Shown: positions 51,655 through 63,910 of the stretch, piece after piece | Position numbering within the stretch: position 1 is the first letter of the stretch | Layout of the letters: each line of letters begins with the position of its first letter | Source of the DNA: Phaeosaccion multiseriatum | Taxonomy: Eukaryota > Protista > Ochrophyta, other classes | NCBI GenBank assembly: GCA_965112735.1 | Contig: OZ218951.1 | Span: 1,426,001-1,490,000, forward strand | DNA: 64,000 bases | Direction: 5' to 3' | Position numbers and translations under genes: made by a program | The notes under the pieces: model-generated | The model's database searches: none | The model's input: the letters and a program-made list of their open reading frames with translations, nothing else | Told to the model about the DNA's origin: nothing

Positions 51655-53992
51655 ATGCCTGCGCTCGATGACTCGAGGAAGAGTAGGACACTCATGACTG
51701 CCATCTTGCTGAGCTGCTCGTGCTTTATTTCCACCAGCAGTGCGTTCCGATCCGGGGGGCTGTGCTATTTAACGACGAGGCCAGCACTTGGGGGGACGAG
51801 CCAACCGCGCAGGGGAGGGGGCGCGAGTAATAAGAGGAGCAGGGCAAGTTGGAGTCGTAGCAGCAGTAGTTGTTGTATAGGCAGCGGGTGCCGACGTGAA
51901 GGACAGCAACGAGCACCAGTAGGACGACGACGAGGCCTTCCGGGGAGGGAGAGGGAGAGATTCACCACAACCACAACACGAGGAGGCGGAAATGCTATTT
52001 GCGGAAGCTCGAGTACAACAGAGGGGGCAGATGATGTGAAACCGGACCCGCAGCAGCAGCATCATCAGCAACAAGCGGTCTTCAAGCTCGTGCCGCCCGA
52101 TCCCCACAATCTTCGCGTCATCCAGGAGAGGCAGCTGGATCACAACGTGAATGCGTTTCACTTCGGCAAGACGTGTAAATATGGTGGGTGACTCTTTGTG
52201 GCGTGGCGTGTGCGTCTGTGAAGTCACTCTTTCTCTCTCCCTCTCTCTCGCGGTCTGTCCACAAGAGCAGCCTAAAGTTCACCACCCCCCTCCCCTCTTC
52301 GCTCCTGCGCTTTGCTTGCCCGGTTCTTCCGCTCGACAGGTTTCCCTCAGGCATTCGGCTACGAGCCAGTGGGGCACCGGATGAGCAGCGGTCTGTTCCG
52401 CCTCTCTTGCCCTATGCTGTGCCAGGCCATTGACAAGTGAGTGAGTGAGGAGTGAATGAGTGAGTGAGTGAGTGAGAGTGAGTGAGTGAATGAGTGAGTG
52501 AGTGAGTGAGAGGGGTGATTTGGTGGGTGAGTGACAGCGTGGGTGACTTGAGTGAACTGGAAAAGAAGCGGGAAAAGAGCAGAGCACTATCATGTGGTAG
52601 AAAGACAAGCAGACAAAGCAGTACCTGCACGTCCTTATCCTTCTCAGTGGTCGCCACAGTCAGCAGCTCCTGCCTTCCCTGCCATGCCTTCACACTCCTT
52701 GGCAAACACATCACAACCCCCCTACCTTCAAGCGCCAACAGGCATACACGTGTGCCTCTTCTCTGCACCCTGACCATCCACTGCCATCCCACTGACCCCT
52801 CCTCGACTTTGGTCACTCCTGCCACCTTCTTCACCCCTCCTCCCTTCCTCTACTCCACCTCCTGTCCACTGCCACGCTCCTGACCCCGTCTTTGCTTTTG
52901 TCACCTCCCGTCCACTGCCGATTCCCTCCCTCCCTCCCTCCCTAACTCCCTCCCTTCCTCCCACCGTCTCTTCCAACAAACCGAACCAAACCACACACAC
53001 ACAAAGGTACGAAAACGAGGGCGGTGGTATAGCGCGTGTGAATGCAGAGCTGGCCAAGACCGACAACGAAGGCTCCGAAGCCCTCCGCCAAGACTTCCTT
53101 GCCACCAACGCCGCCCACGCTACCATCCGCCAGTCCCTCGTCAGCCCGCAGGACTTGGAGAGACTGGTGGGGCATCTGGGGCAGGAGAATGCCGACTACT
53201 TCCTCACGAGCGGCATCACCGGCATCACCCCGGACAAGGTGGACGACGCCAAGTGCCTGCACGCACACGTAGCAGGTACGTAAGAGTGTACGTAAGAAAG
53301 AGGGAATCGATTCTACTGTGTGCCGAAAGCAATCTTACTTGTGTGTTGGTATGCGGGTAGGTGGGTAGGTAGGTAGATAGGTAGGTAAGGATATCACCGC
53401 TTGCCGGTTGTACAGGGCCTTCTCCTGACCATTTTCCCTGACCTTTCTTTCCTTTCCCCTGTCTGGCGGGCGGCCTTCTTCCCACCATCACCAATACCAC
53501 ACACCCAACACAGATCACTTGTGTCGAGATGAGCAGGGCAGCTTGATTGGAAAGACTACCCTGGCTCGGCTGGAGGAGGAAGAGGGCGTGGACGTGGGGG
53601 GCACAGACACGTGTTGGCAGCAGTGTGACTTACGCCATTCGAGGACGTCCGACAGTTGGTGGTACACAGCTGCCAAGAACAGGAGCGGCCTGCGCACCCA
53701 GCGGATCCGGAGGAAGGAGCAGCGGGAGAATGTCCGCCGCAAGAAAGAGGAGGAAGAAGCAGAAGCAGCAGCAGCAGCAGTAGCAGCAGCAGGAGCAGCA
53801 GGAGCAGCAGGAGCAGCAGGGGGAGTAGGCGGAGTAGGGGGAGTAGAGGTGGTAGGGGCAACGGAACAAGGAGTAGGGGTGGATAGAAGTGGAGGGGGAG
53901 GAGGAGGAGGAGGAGGAGGAGGAGGAGGAGGAGGAGGAGGAGGAGGAGGAGGAGGAGAAGTACCAGCAGCGATGGCGCCAGCAGAAGCATAA
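51655..53992 (+). CDS. DUF501-family protein, probably plastid-targeted, ~5 exons
   Basis: FGKTCKYG|FPQAFGYEP, FRLSCPMLCQAID, YENEGG, KCLHAHVA|DHL; N-terminus MTAILLSCSCFISTSSAFR resembles a signal peptide plus ASAF-type motif (alternative ATG at 51694). Confidence 0.75.
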
Positions 53993-54066
53993 TAAGCGAA
54001 GATACACCTATGTAACTAGCTGCATTCTTGCCGCCATTTATACCTCTGTCTGTTCACTGTCTCATT

Positions 54067-56203
54067 TCAGTAGGTGGGAAAGGCCGTGTCCACCTCCTTG
54101 CTCCACTGCGTGAGCCCCCCTTTGACGTCGAATACACGCACACGCTCTTGATCAACGAGAGTGAGCTCTTGCTGGAGGAGCTGCACGGTGCGGCGGGAAT
54201 CGTTCCTGTTCGATAGGGTTAGGGGAGTACATACGTAAGGACATACGTAAGGGGTTGCGGAGGGTGGAGGGGTGCAGGAGGGGGATGGGTCAGGAGGGTC
54301 AATGTCACGCCAGTGTGAGTCACCGTGTCAGGCAGTACACTATCCGTATCCTCATCCCCACGGAACAAATTGTGCTTCAAGTTCCGTCGCGACTCTCTCT
54401 CGACTTGACTTGACTCACCCTCTTCGGCAAAGGCAGTATATCGCCACTTGCTCGTCCTCATTGCTGACTCCCTGCTGCTCTGCTCCTGCTGCTATTGTAT
54501 CACCAACCCCTGTGGCTGTCCCTTCTGCTGTCCGGCGGTCATTCCGACCTTCTTGTCTCAACATCGTCCTAATCTGCTCCAGGAGAGGTGACCTACCACC
54601 ACCACCACCACCACCACCACCACCACCACCACCACCACTGCAAGTACTACTACTATTACTACTACAATTACTACAGCTGCCACTGTCCCGCGCCTCTGTC
54701 TCGACCCTCGCGGCATTCTTCTTGTTGTTGTTCACCTCCGCCACAAGGCTTCCATAGGGCATATTGACGGCCCCCTCTAGGCTACAAATGGCGAACTGCA
54801 CGGCAGGCCGCACGTCTACCAACACGTGAGGCACACCCTTGCTTCGTATCTGCACAGCGCATCGAGTCGAGGGGGAGGGAGGGAGGGAGGGAGGGATGGA
54901 AGGGATGGAAGGGGGGGGGATGGACGCAAGGGATGGGGAAAATGATGGTTATGGGTCTCAGGTGCAGATGACGTACTCACACCAACGCACGCACACACAC
55001 CCTCACACACGCACGTATGTACGCACTCACGCACTCACGCACACTCTCACCTCTTGGTATGCGCTACATGAGACTGTGGGCAGCGGAGTGTCTCCAAGAG
55101 CCACGGCTGTATGAGGACATCCCACGGGAGAGAGAGAGGAAGAGCGTGGAGGGACATAGAGAGAAACAGAGGGGAGAGAGAGATGGAGAGAGAGGAGGGG
55201 GGTTTGTAGGAGGGGGAGAGAGAGGCACTGATTAAGAGAGGTGGGGACGGGAACCACGTCGTCGCAAGGTTGAAGTCTGTCTTCATTGCATGCAGGAGCA
55301 AGAGCGATACAAGGCCCTACGCACGCACCCACATCCCCACCCACCCACCCACCCACCCACCGACCCACCTATCCACTTCCACACGCACGCACGCACAGAC
55401 CTAACCACCCACCAACGCACGCACGCACGCACGCACGCACCTGGTCGGTCCAGCGCACACCCCTCTGAGGGGAGAAGGCCGAATTGTTGGCAAAAGGCCT
55501 TGGAGTCCTGCATGGAGGCGATTGGGGCCGTGTCATCTGCTGCCATCGCATCTCCCCCCCCTCCTCCTCTACAACTGCACACGGCACAGTCCTTGCGCTT
55601 CGGCTTGAGCTTTCGGCGGGGATGGCAATGGATGCGAGAAGGGGATGGGGAGGAAGGGAGAGAGGGAGGGAGAGAGGGAGGGAGGGGGGAAGGAAGAGAG
55701 AGAGGGAGGGAGGGAGGGGGGTGGGTGAGTGAGAGAGGCAGAAATAATACCCTCCGCTCCCCCTCTCCCCACTCTCCTCTCCTCCACTACTAAGTACATC
55801 TCAAACCACCATACCTTCATAGTGAAGAAGGAACCATCAGCTCCATCGTAGGTGCACAGTTTCTGAGAGAGAGGAGCCCCGAAGCCGCCGAGCACCTTCA
55901 TCACCTTAGGATGCGTGTGTGTGTGTGCGTGTTGTGAGTGTGCATTTGGAATGACCAACCGCAGCAGGGGACATCAGTAAAGCAAGTAGAGCAAGTAGAG
56001 CAAGAACAGAAAGAAGACTCTCCTCCCCTCCCCTCTTCTCCCCTCCCCCCCCCTCCCCTCCCCTTCACTCCCCTTCCCTACCTCAACTGCCTGTAGACAG
56101 CCAATGACCCCAGGGACAGCTCCCACCACTCCGTTGTCACTGCAGCGCCGCTGCGCCTCGAGGCGGAAGGGCTTAGGGTACACACAGCGGTAGCAAGGAC
56201 CCT

Positions 56204-56240
<37 letters not shown>

Positions 56241-56801
56241 GAGGACGAGGAGGAGGAGGAGGAGCAGGAGGAGGAGGAGGAGGGAGGAGGGAGGAGGAGG
56301 AGGAGGAGGAGGAGGAGGAGACGGGGGTTTCACTCACTCACTCAGTCAGTCATTCACACACACGCATCCTCTCTCCCTCCCTTCCCACCTCCCTCACCTC
56401 CTCGCCGTAGTTGTACACGGTCACCTGCCCCTCTAATCCGAGTGCTGATCCTGACACCAAGGGCTTGCCTGCCAGGACGGCGGCGTCGCTGATCAAGTAT
56501 CTGGTGTCGGGGAGGGGAGGAGAGGGAGTGTGAGTGTTAGTACTGTGTGCAGCCTCTACCCATATGCCTACCTACTGGAGGGGACGGTGTGTGAGTGTCA
56601 GTGCCTGTGTTAGTGATGTGTGCAGCCCTTACTCATATGCCTAGAGAGGGGAGGGAGTGTGAGTGTGAGTGTGAGTGCTGTGGGGCTTGACCCATGTACC
56701 TGGTGGCGGGATTGTCGCTGCAGTCGACGACCACATCGAACTTACTGACCTATGGATATCGACCCGCATACATCGACATAGGTTCAGATATACACATAGA
56801 T

Positions 56802-56836
<35 letters not shown>

Positions 56837-58263
56837 CAAGTGGAGCGTACAGAAGACAGAGGGTTGAGCTGAGGGTCAGGGTCAGAGGTCATGGTCAGGC
56901 CAAACTCAAGATTTGCATCGGGGTCTTCCCGCAGAGGCTCCCCTCCCTCCCTCCCTCCCTCTCCCACCCTCTCTCCCTCCCTCCCTCCCTCCCTCCCTCC
57001 CTCCCTCCCTCCCTCCCTTTGCTGACACACATCCCTCACCATTTGCAGTGCGTTGTCATGCGACAGGGCCTCATCGAAAGACTTGATGGTGCACATGGCA
57101 TTGAGCTCGCGAAGGCTGGCAGCGGCCGAATCGGCTTTGGACTGCCCTGCCTGCCTCTCTCGATAAAGCACTTGCCTATACACCACACAAACAGCGCCCA
57201 ACACGCAAGCAGCACGCAAGCAACAAGGAGCCGCAGTTGGTGATACAGCAGCAGAAACCACCCTTTAGGGCTTGCGGTCAGGTGCTTTGGCCCATCACCA
57301 ACCAGTCCTCCTCCCTCCCTCCCTCCCTCCCTCTCCCTTCCATCGCTCTGCTCCAGTTGACACACACAACTTGTACAACATACACTACACCTCTGGAACC
57401 CCTAACCCTACCTTCTACGTACCCCAGCCCACCCACCCACCAACCCACACACACGCACACATCCACGCACCCACACACACACGCACCCACCTGTGTAGGT
57501 TGCTGGTGTCCACCACGTCCATGTCAATGATACCAATAATGCCCACGCCAGCCCCCGCCAGATAAGGCAGGACAGCACAGCCCAGCCCCCCTGCCCCGAC
57601 CACGAGCACCGATGACGTCACTAAGCGCTTCTGCCCCTCTATGCCCACCGCAGGGAGGAGGAGGTGGCGGGAGTAGCGAGAAATCTGTTCTCCACATTTG
57701 GGATGATAGTGATGATGTGATTGATTGAGGCGTATGTGTGTGTGTTTGGGGGGGGGTTGGGGGAGGGAAGGATGGGGGGGAGATGGGGAGAAGAGGAGGT
57801 GGGAAGTACTGTGAGGGAGAGGCACGGGGGAGGGAGCTGGAGTAGGAGGAGGACAGGGAGCATCAGAGGCACGAGGGGGGGGGCGAGGAGGACGAGGAGA
57901 AGGAGGAGAAGGACAGGATGGGACAGCGCAAAGGTAATCCAAGCCTACTTCTGGGTTGGAGAGGACGCAAGAGAGGGTGACGAGGACAGAGAGGTGGACA
58001 AAAACCAAACCTACTTCTGGGTTGGAGAGGACACAGGTGGGGTACGCGCGAGGGCCATCCGCACTTGCGGCGGCGTGGCTCTCATTTCCATTGACCGATG
58101 TTGCTGCTTCCGTCGCGGCTGCTGCAGAGGGACGGGGCTGCTGCGAATCGGCACTCGCACTCGCCTCTGCCTTCAGGCGGCTGTTTTCCTCCCGAAGCTT
58201 CGCGACAAGCAGGCGGAGCTCTTCCACTGACTCGGCAGGAGTCTCACCAGAGTCAGGCCCCAT
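54067..58263 (-). CDS. MOCS3: Adenylyltransferase/sulfurtransferase MOCS3/UBA4 (MoeB-like E1 plus rhodanese), multi-exon
   Basis: [72 protein letters not shown]; rhodanese LVDVRP, CRRGNDS, and [20 protein letters not shown]. Confidence 0.95.
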
Positions 58264-58512
58264 ATTATAGAAGTAAAAGTTTTAGGGCAAAGAAGGGGGC
58301 GGCCGGCCTGCCCCCGGCTGGGAGGCTTCTTGACTTATGAGAGAGCCATGAAAGCGAAACTTCCAACGAGAATGTAACGGTGTTCCCGACAGAGGGCCTA
58401 AACCGCCCCGTTCTACGAGAGAGAAGAAAAAAGTCACTCTCTTGGGAGAGGATAGTAACGTCTGCCAGGCCAGGAGGAGGCACAGGCGAGAAAGACACAA
58501 GATACAAGAAGC

Positions 58513-60769
58513 ATGGGTCAGAAGCTGGGCAAGGCGGCCCCGCCTGCCGATGCCTTCTCCTCCTTCATAAACCTCCCTGGGGAAGTGGTGGCCACCATGT
58601 GGAGGGAGTTCAATCTCAACGGAGAGGGTTGGGGTGTAGGTCCCGACTTCTTCAAGCACCTGTGCGCGCAGGCAGGCGAGGAGCAGGCGCAGCAGGCGAT
58701 GCATCTCTTTGCGGCGCTCGACACGGATAAGGTGAGCAGCACAGACAGCGAAAGAGGGGGGGGGGGGGGAGACAGGGAGAGGAAGAGAAATAGGGAGAGG
58801 GGGGGAGAGATGGAGATAATAGGGTGAGAGAGAGGAAGAGGGTGAGGGTGAGGGCGGGAGAGGGAGAAAGAGAGGGAGAGAGACCACGCACCAAGAGGCG
58901 CGACAGGTCCAGCATGGGGACGGCCTGTCGCAGGAGAACAGCTGCAGATCAAAGTAGAGCAGCTGCAGAGCTAGCAAGCAGCAGCAAAGGCAGCAGTAGA
59001 TGATGAAGAAGCCATGACAGGAAGCGAGACTGACATCACTACAAAGGGGAGGGGGGCGATTGCTATAATCATGGACAGCCTTTCGAGAAAAAGACCATAG
59101 GAGGGGCTTTCACAGCTTGTTTCTTGGACTGGTGGCCTGTAAATCAAGCACAACGATGGGGGAGTGGGGAGGGGGGCGATTGCTATAATCATGGACAGCC
59201 TTTCGAGAAAAAGACCATAGGAGGGGCTTTCACAGCTTGTTTCTTGGACTGGTGGCCTGTAAATCAAGCACAACGATGATGTTCTCCACCCCCTTTTTTC
59301 ATCCCATGCATTTTCCCCTTCTCCTAGCTTCTATCAGTCGTCTCTCACCCCACGCATCCCCCCATCCCGCTTACCATCCTCCCGCTGCTCCTCCCCCTGC
59401 TTCCCAGAATGACATCGTGGACGGGCTGGAGTTCCTGTCCCTACTCGGCATGCTGTCCGCCATGGAGGTGTCTGAGAAACTTGTCTATGTCTTCGGCTGC
59501 TTCGACTTCAAGGTAAGCCAGCAGGGGCCAAGTAGGAAGAGAACTATGGGAAACAGTAGGAGGAGAACTTGAAGTTGTGGGAGAAGGAGCGGGACGGTGA
59601 GCGGTGAGTGATAGTAGAATAGTTTGTTTTAGCAGTAATACTAGTAATAGCAGGAGCAGTAGCCGAAGTAGCTGTAGTAGTTCATGAAACGCTTCACTGT
59701 GCGGTTGTACCATGTGGGACTGCCTTACACACGCCTGCCCATTGAGTAAGTCCACCCCTCCTCCTCCTCCTCCTCCTCCTCCTCCTCCTCCTCCTCCTCC
59801 TCCTCCTCCTCCTCCTCCTCCTCCTCCTCCTCCTCCTCCTCCTCCTCCTCCTCTACTCTCTACCTGCGCAGGGAGGAGGGTCGCTGAGCCATGAAGAACT
59901 CTCTCTTCTACTCAAGTCGTGTGTGACGGTGCGTTTTAAGGCGGGCATCGGTGGTCTGCTCTGCTGTGTGGGCATCGTTACGTTCCGCCCCCTCTCTGCC
60001 CCTCTCCGTGCACTCCCTGACACACACACGTGCCCACAAGTGGAGTCAGCGAGTGCGCAGGAGGGGTGCGACGCGTTTACCATCAGGCCTGTCTGAGCTC
60101 TGCACTAAGCTAAGCCTTTATCGCACCTCTCCTTTCCCCCCCACTTGCGTGCATGTCATCACCACAACCTCCTCCACCACCACCACCACCACCACCACCA
60201 CCACCACCACCACTACTACCACCACACAACCATCGCCTGCCATCCAACCACCCCACCCCACGATCGACTGCCATTCTACCATCGGCTGCCATCCTACCAC
60301 CACAGGGCCTCTGCAAGGTGTTTGCCACTGCGCCACCCGCGCAGACTTGCCTCGAGGACATTGCTGCTCTGATGGTCAAGTCCAAAGCCCCCTCCTCTCC
60401 ATCTGCCGTTACGGCTCCTCCGTCCCCCGCCAAGGGAGGAGGCGGAGGGGGGCCGGGCAGCGAGACCGGCGACGAGTGGAACGCGGATGAGGACGAGGAG
60501 GATGGAGACTCCGCCTCTTCGGTCAAGCTCACTACCTTCGCCACGTACTGCAACACAAACCCCATCGCCACTTCATGGATTTGCCACTTTGACGACATTG
60601 AGCTCGGAGGTGGCGGTCCTGACACCAGCAACACGGAGGCCGCTGCCGGTGGAGCCTCCGAGGGATCGTCCATCGAGGGAGGCGACGTGACCCTCGCCGT
60701 CTGTGGAGAGGGACGCCACGGCGAACTCTCTTTCGCTCAGGAGGTGAGGGAGGCAGTCAGTCATGTGTG

Positions 60770-60819
<50 letters not shown>

Positions 60820-60948
60820 TGTCTGTCTACCAGTTTCTCTATTTATCTATCTCTCTATCTGCCTGTCCATCTACCGATCCCTTTGCCTACTCTTGGAACG
60901 AAATGCTCGACAATGCGTAAAAATGTGTCAAATCACGCAGACACACAT

Positions 60949-60987
<39 letters not shown>

Positions 60988-63061
60988 CCCACACCCACAC
61001 ACACACACCCACACACACCCATAACCCACCTACCCACCCCCACCCCCTCCTGACAACAGTCGGTCAGCGCTGGCAACATGGCTCCTTCAGCTCCTTCGGA
61101 AGCGTCGGAGGGGGTGGGCTTCGGCTCGAAGCTTGCTGCCGCCTTTAAGCCTTGCGAGAGCCTCAGTCCTCCCCCGCCTCCGCCGCTGGAGGAGGGCGAG
61201 GAGCCGCCTGAGGAGGAGGAGGTTGAGCCTTCGAAGGTGAGGGAGTCAGAGAGAGGGAGCGAGAGAGAGGGAGAGGAGAAGGACCCAGGGCTGTGATACA
61301 CATCTGTCTCTTGTCTATCGTACGTGACACAGCGCTGGGTGTTTCTACTCCGTCATTCGTCGGATACCTCGAGTTCACCTCCTCTCCCCTCATGTGCCTC
61401 TAATCTCTCCCTCCCTCCGTCCGTCCCTCCCTCCCACCCACCCCTTCCAACGCCGTAGCCGCAAATCTCTCCCAACAGCTCCGTCCGCCTTGAGTGGGTA
61501 CATGGTCTCTCCTCCTCCGCCAGCAGAGGCTCCGTCCGTTACACCTCCGGCGGTTTCATCGCTTACCCTGCCGGGCGCTTTGGAGTCGTCCTCACGCCCC
61601 CTCTGGACGAGGAGGGTAACGTGGAGGAGGGAGCACCGCCCATCCAGATTACCAACTTGGACCTCACAAATGACATTTCTTGCTTCGTCATGAGCCCTTG
61701 TCGCACCATGATCGCTATCGGAGAGAAAGGAAGACAGCCTAAGGTGTGTGTCGCCTGGACGTGGGTGGGGGCCGAGGTCCAGTCAGCCCCTGAAGGTTGT
61801 TGGGAAAGGCACCACATGCCTCCTGTGCTATCCCGTGTGGCCTTTATGCTTTCTGAAACGGCCATATAATTGAGCGTCACAGTTCACCTCTTCCCCTCAC
61901 TTCCTTCCCTCCCTCCCTCCCTCTCTGCCACCCTCCCCCTGTATCACCAACTCCTTCACTGTGGACAGGCTGTTGTGTTCGACGTTGCTACTGGAGAAGC
62001 CCGTGTGGTGCTTGGAGGAGAGGACAACTGGGGAGGAGGGACGGCAGAGGAGGGACACCGATACAACACGGGCATCTCACAGATGGCGTGGAGCCCGGAT
62101 TCCAAGCGTCTTGCCGTGGTCCGAGCCGCCGACGGCTTCCCGCTTGATGTGTATCAAGTCCTCGGGTGCGGAGGAGGAGGAGGAGGAGGAGGAGGAGGAG
62201 AAGGAGGAGTGCATCCGGGTGCTCGTCTTACGTCCTTCCGCACCGGTGCTGGTCGGCCTCTGGCCATGTGCTGGGATGAAACGGCACTCGTCACGAGCTC
62301 TGCAGGTAAGGAAGTGGGAGAGAGGGAGGGAGGAAGCGCTGGTGTGGTGGAACTACAAACTTACGTTTACGTATGTACGTACGTATGTGTGTGTGGGGGG
62401 GGGTGCGTGCTCATCTCATCTGTTCTCTCCCCTTCCCCTCCCTACCTCTCTCCTCCCCCGCCCCCCTCCCCACACAGACGGCGGACTGGTGTTCTGGGTG
62501 CGTCAGAGCAAGGACCGCGAGAGCATGGACATGAAGCGAAGCGTCAAGTCCGGCAACAAGTCCGAGGTGTCAGGACAAGCCTGTCAGGACCAGCATCTTT
62601 GCATTGCCTCCCTCGGGGACGGGAAGTTCCTCTCCGGCGGCGCCTCGGGTAGTCTGTACATGTGGGGGGGACGTAACTGCCTCGGGGGTGTCGCAGGGGC
62701 ACACAAGGGGGCGGTGTTATGTGTCTCTGTCTCTTCTTCGTCTTCTTCCGAGGAGGGAGGGGAGGGGGGAGTTGCCACCGGAGGAGCCGACGGAAAGGTG
62801 TGTGAGAGAGTGAGTGAGTGGTTGATTGATTGGCTGATTGATTGATTCAATGAATGAATGCCTGAGTGACAATGAATGAGTGGAAACGATGGCCGTCATC
62901 CCTTCCTGAGCAGCTTACGCGCGTAACCGCCAACTGTAACCGTCATCTGTACCTATCAACGGCCCGTGCACCCCCTCACTCAGGTCCGGCTGTGGAGGAT
63001 GCCCGGTCTCACGGAGTCGGCCCTTCTCGACGTGTACGGCACCAGCGCCATCTGCCAGCAG
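58513..63061 (+). CDS. EF-hand plus HELP/WD40 echinoderm microtubule-associated-like (EML) protein, 3' end outside window
   Basis: MGQKLGKA start; EF-hands FAALDTDK|NDIVDGLEF and FGCFDFK|GGGSLSHEEL; HELP-like VRLEWVHGLS..VRYTSGGFIAYPAG; WD repeats (LSGGASGSLYMW, AHKGAV, VATGGADGK|VRLW). Confidence 0.8.
59046..59278. repeat. 120-bp tandem duplication in intron 1 of the EML-like gene
   Basis: 59046-59158 is repeated at 59166-59278 essentially identically. Confidence 0.92.
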
Positions 63062-63188
63062 GTGCGTGGGGTGTCAGGACAGGGAGGGTAGCGAGTCAGG
63101 ATAGGGGCGTGAGGAGAGTGAGGACACTATCACCCAACCAACGAATCAAGACATCCACTGCACACCGCATTCCTCTAACACAACCTGC

Positions 63189-63878
63189 TGACTGACTGAC
63201 TGACTGACTGACTGACTGACTGACTGACTGACTGACTGACTGACTGACTGACTGACTGACTGACTGACTGACTGACTGACTGACTGACTGACTGACTGAC
63301 TGACTGACTGACTGACTGACTGACTGACTGACTGACTGACTGACTGACTGACTGACTGACTGACTGACTGACTGACTGACTGACTGACTGACTGACTGAC
63401 TGACTGACTGACTGACTGACTGACTGACTGACTGACTGACTGACTGACTGACTGACTGACTGACTGACTGACTGACTGACTGACTGACTGACTGACTGAC
63501 TGACTGACTGACTGACTGACTGACTGACTGACTGACTGACTGACTGACTGACTGACTGACTGACTGACTGACTGACTGACTGACTGACTGACTGACTGAC
63601 TGACTGACTGACTGACTGACTGACTGACTGACTGACTGACTGACTGACTGACTGACTGACTGACTGACTGACTGACTGACTGACTGACTGACTGACTGAC
63701 TGACTGACTGACTGACTGACTGACTGACTGACTGACTGACTGACTGACTGACTGACTGACTGACTGACTGACTGACTGACTGACTGACTGACTGACTGAC
63801 TGACTGACTGACTGACTGACTGACTGACTGACTGACTGACTGACTGACTGACTGACTGACTGACTGACTGACTGACTG

Positions 63879-63910
<32 letters not shown>

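Noticed and set aside
35-63195. Hundreds of short ORFs with poly-L/S/P/R, THTH or SLSL text
   Set aside because: These are shadow frames of real exons or translations of stop-free microsatellites.
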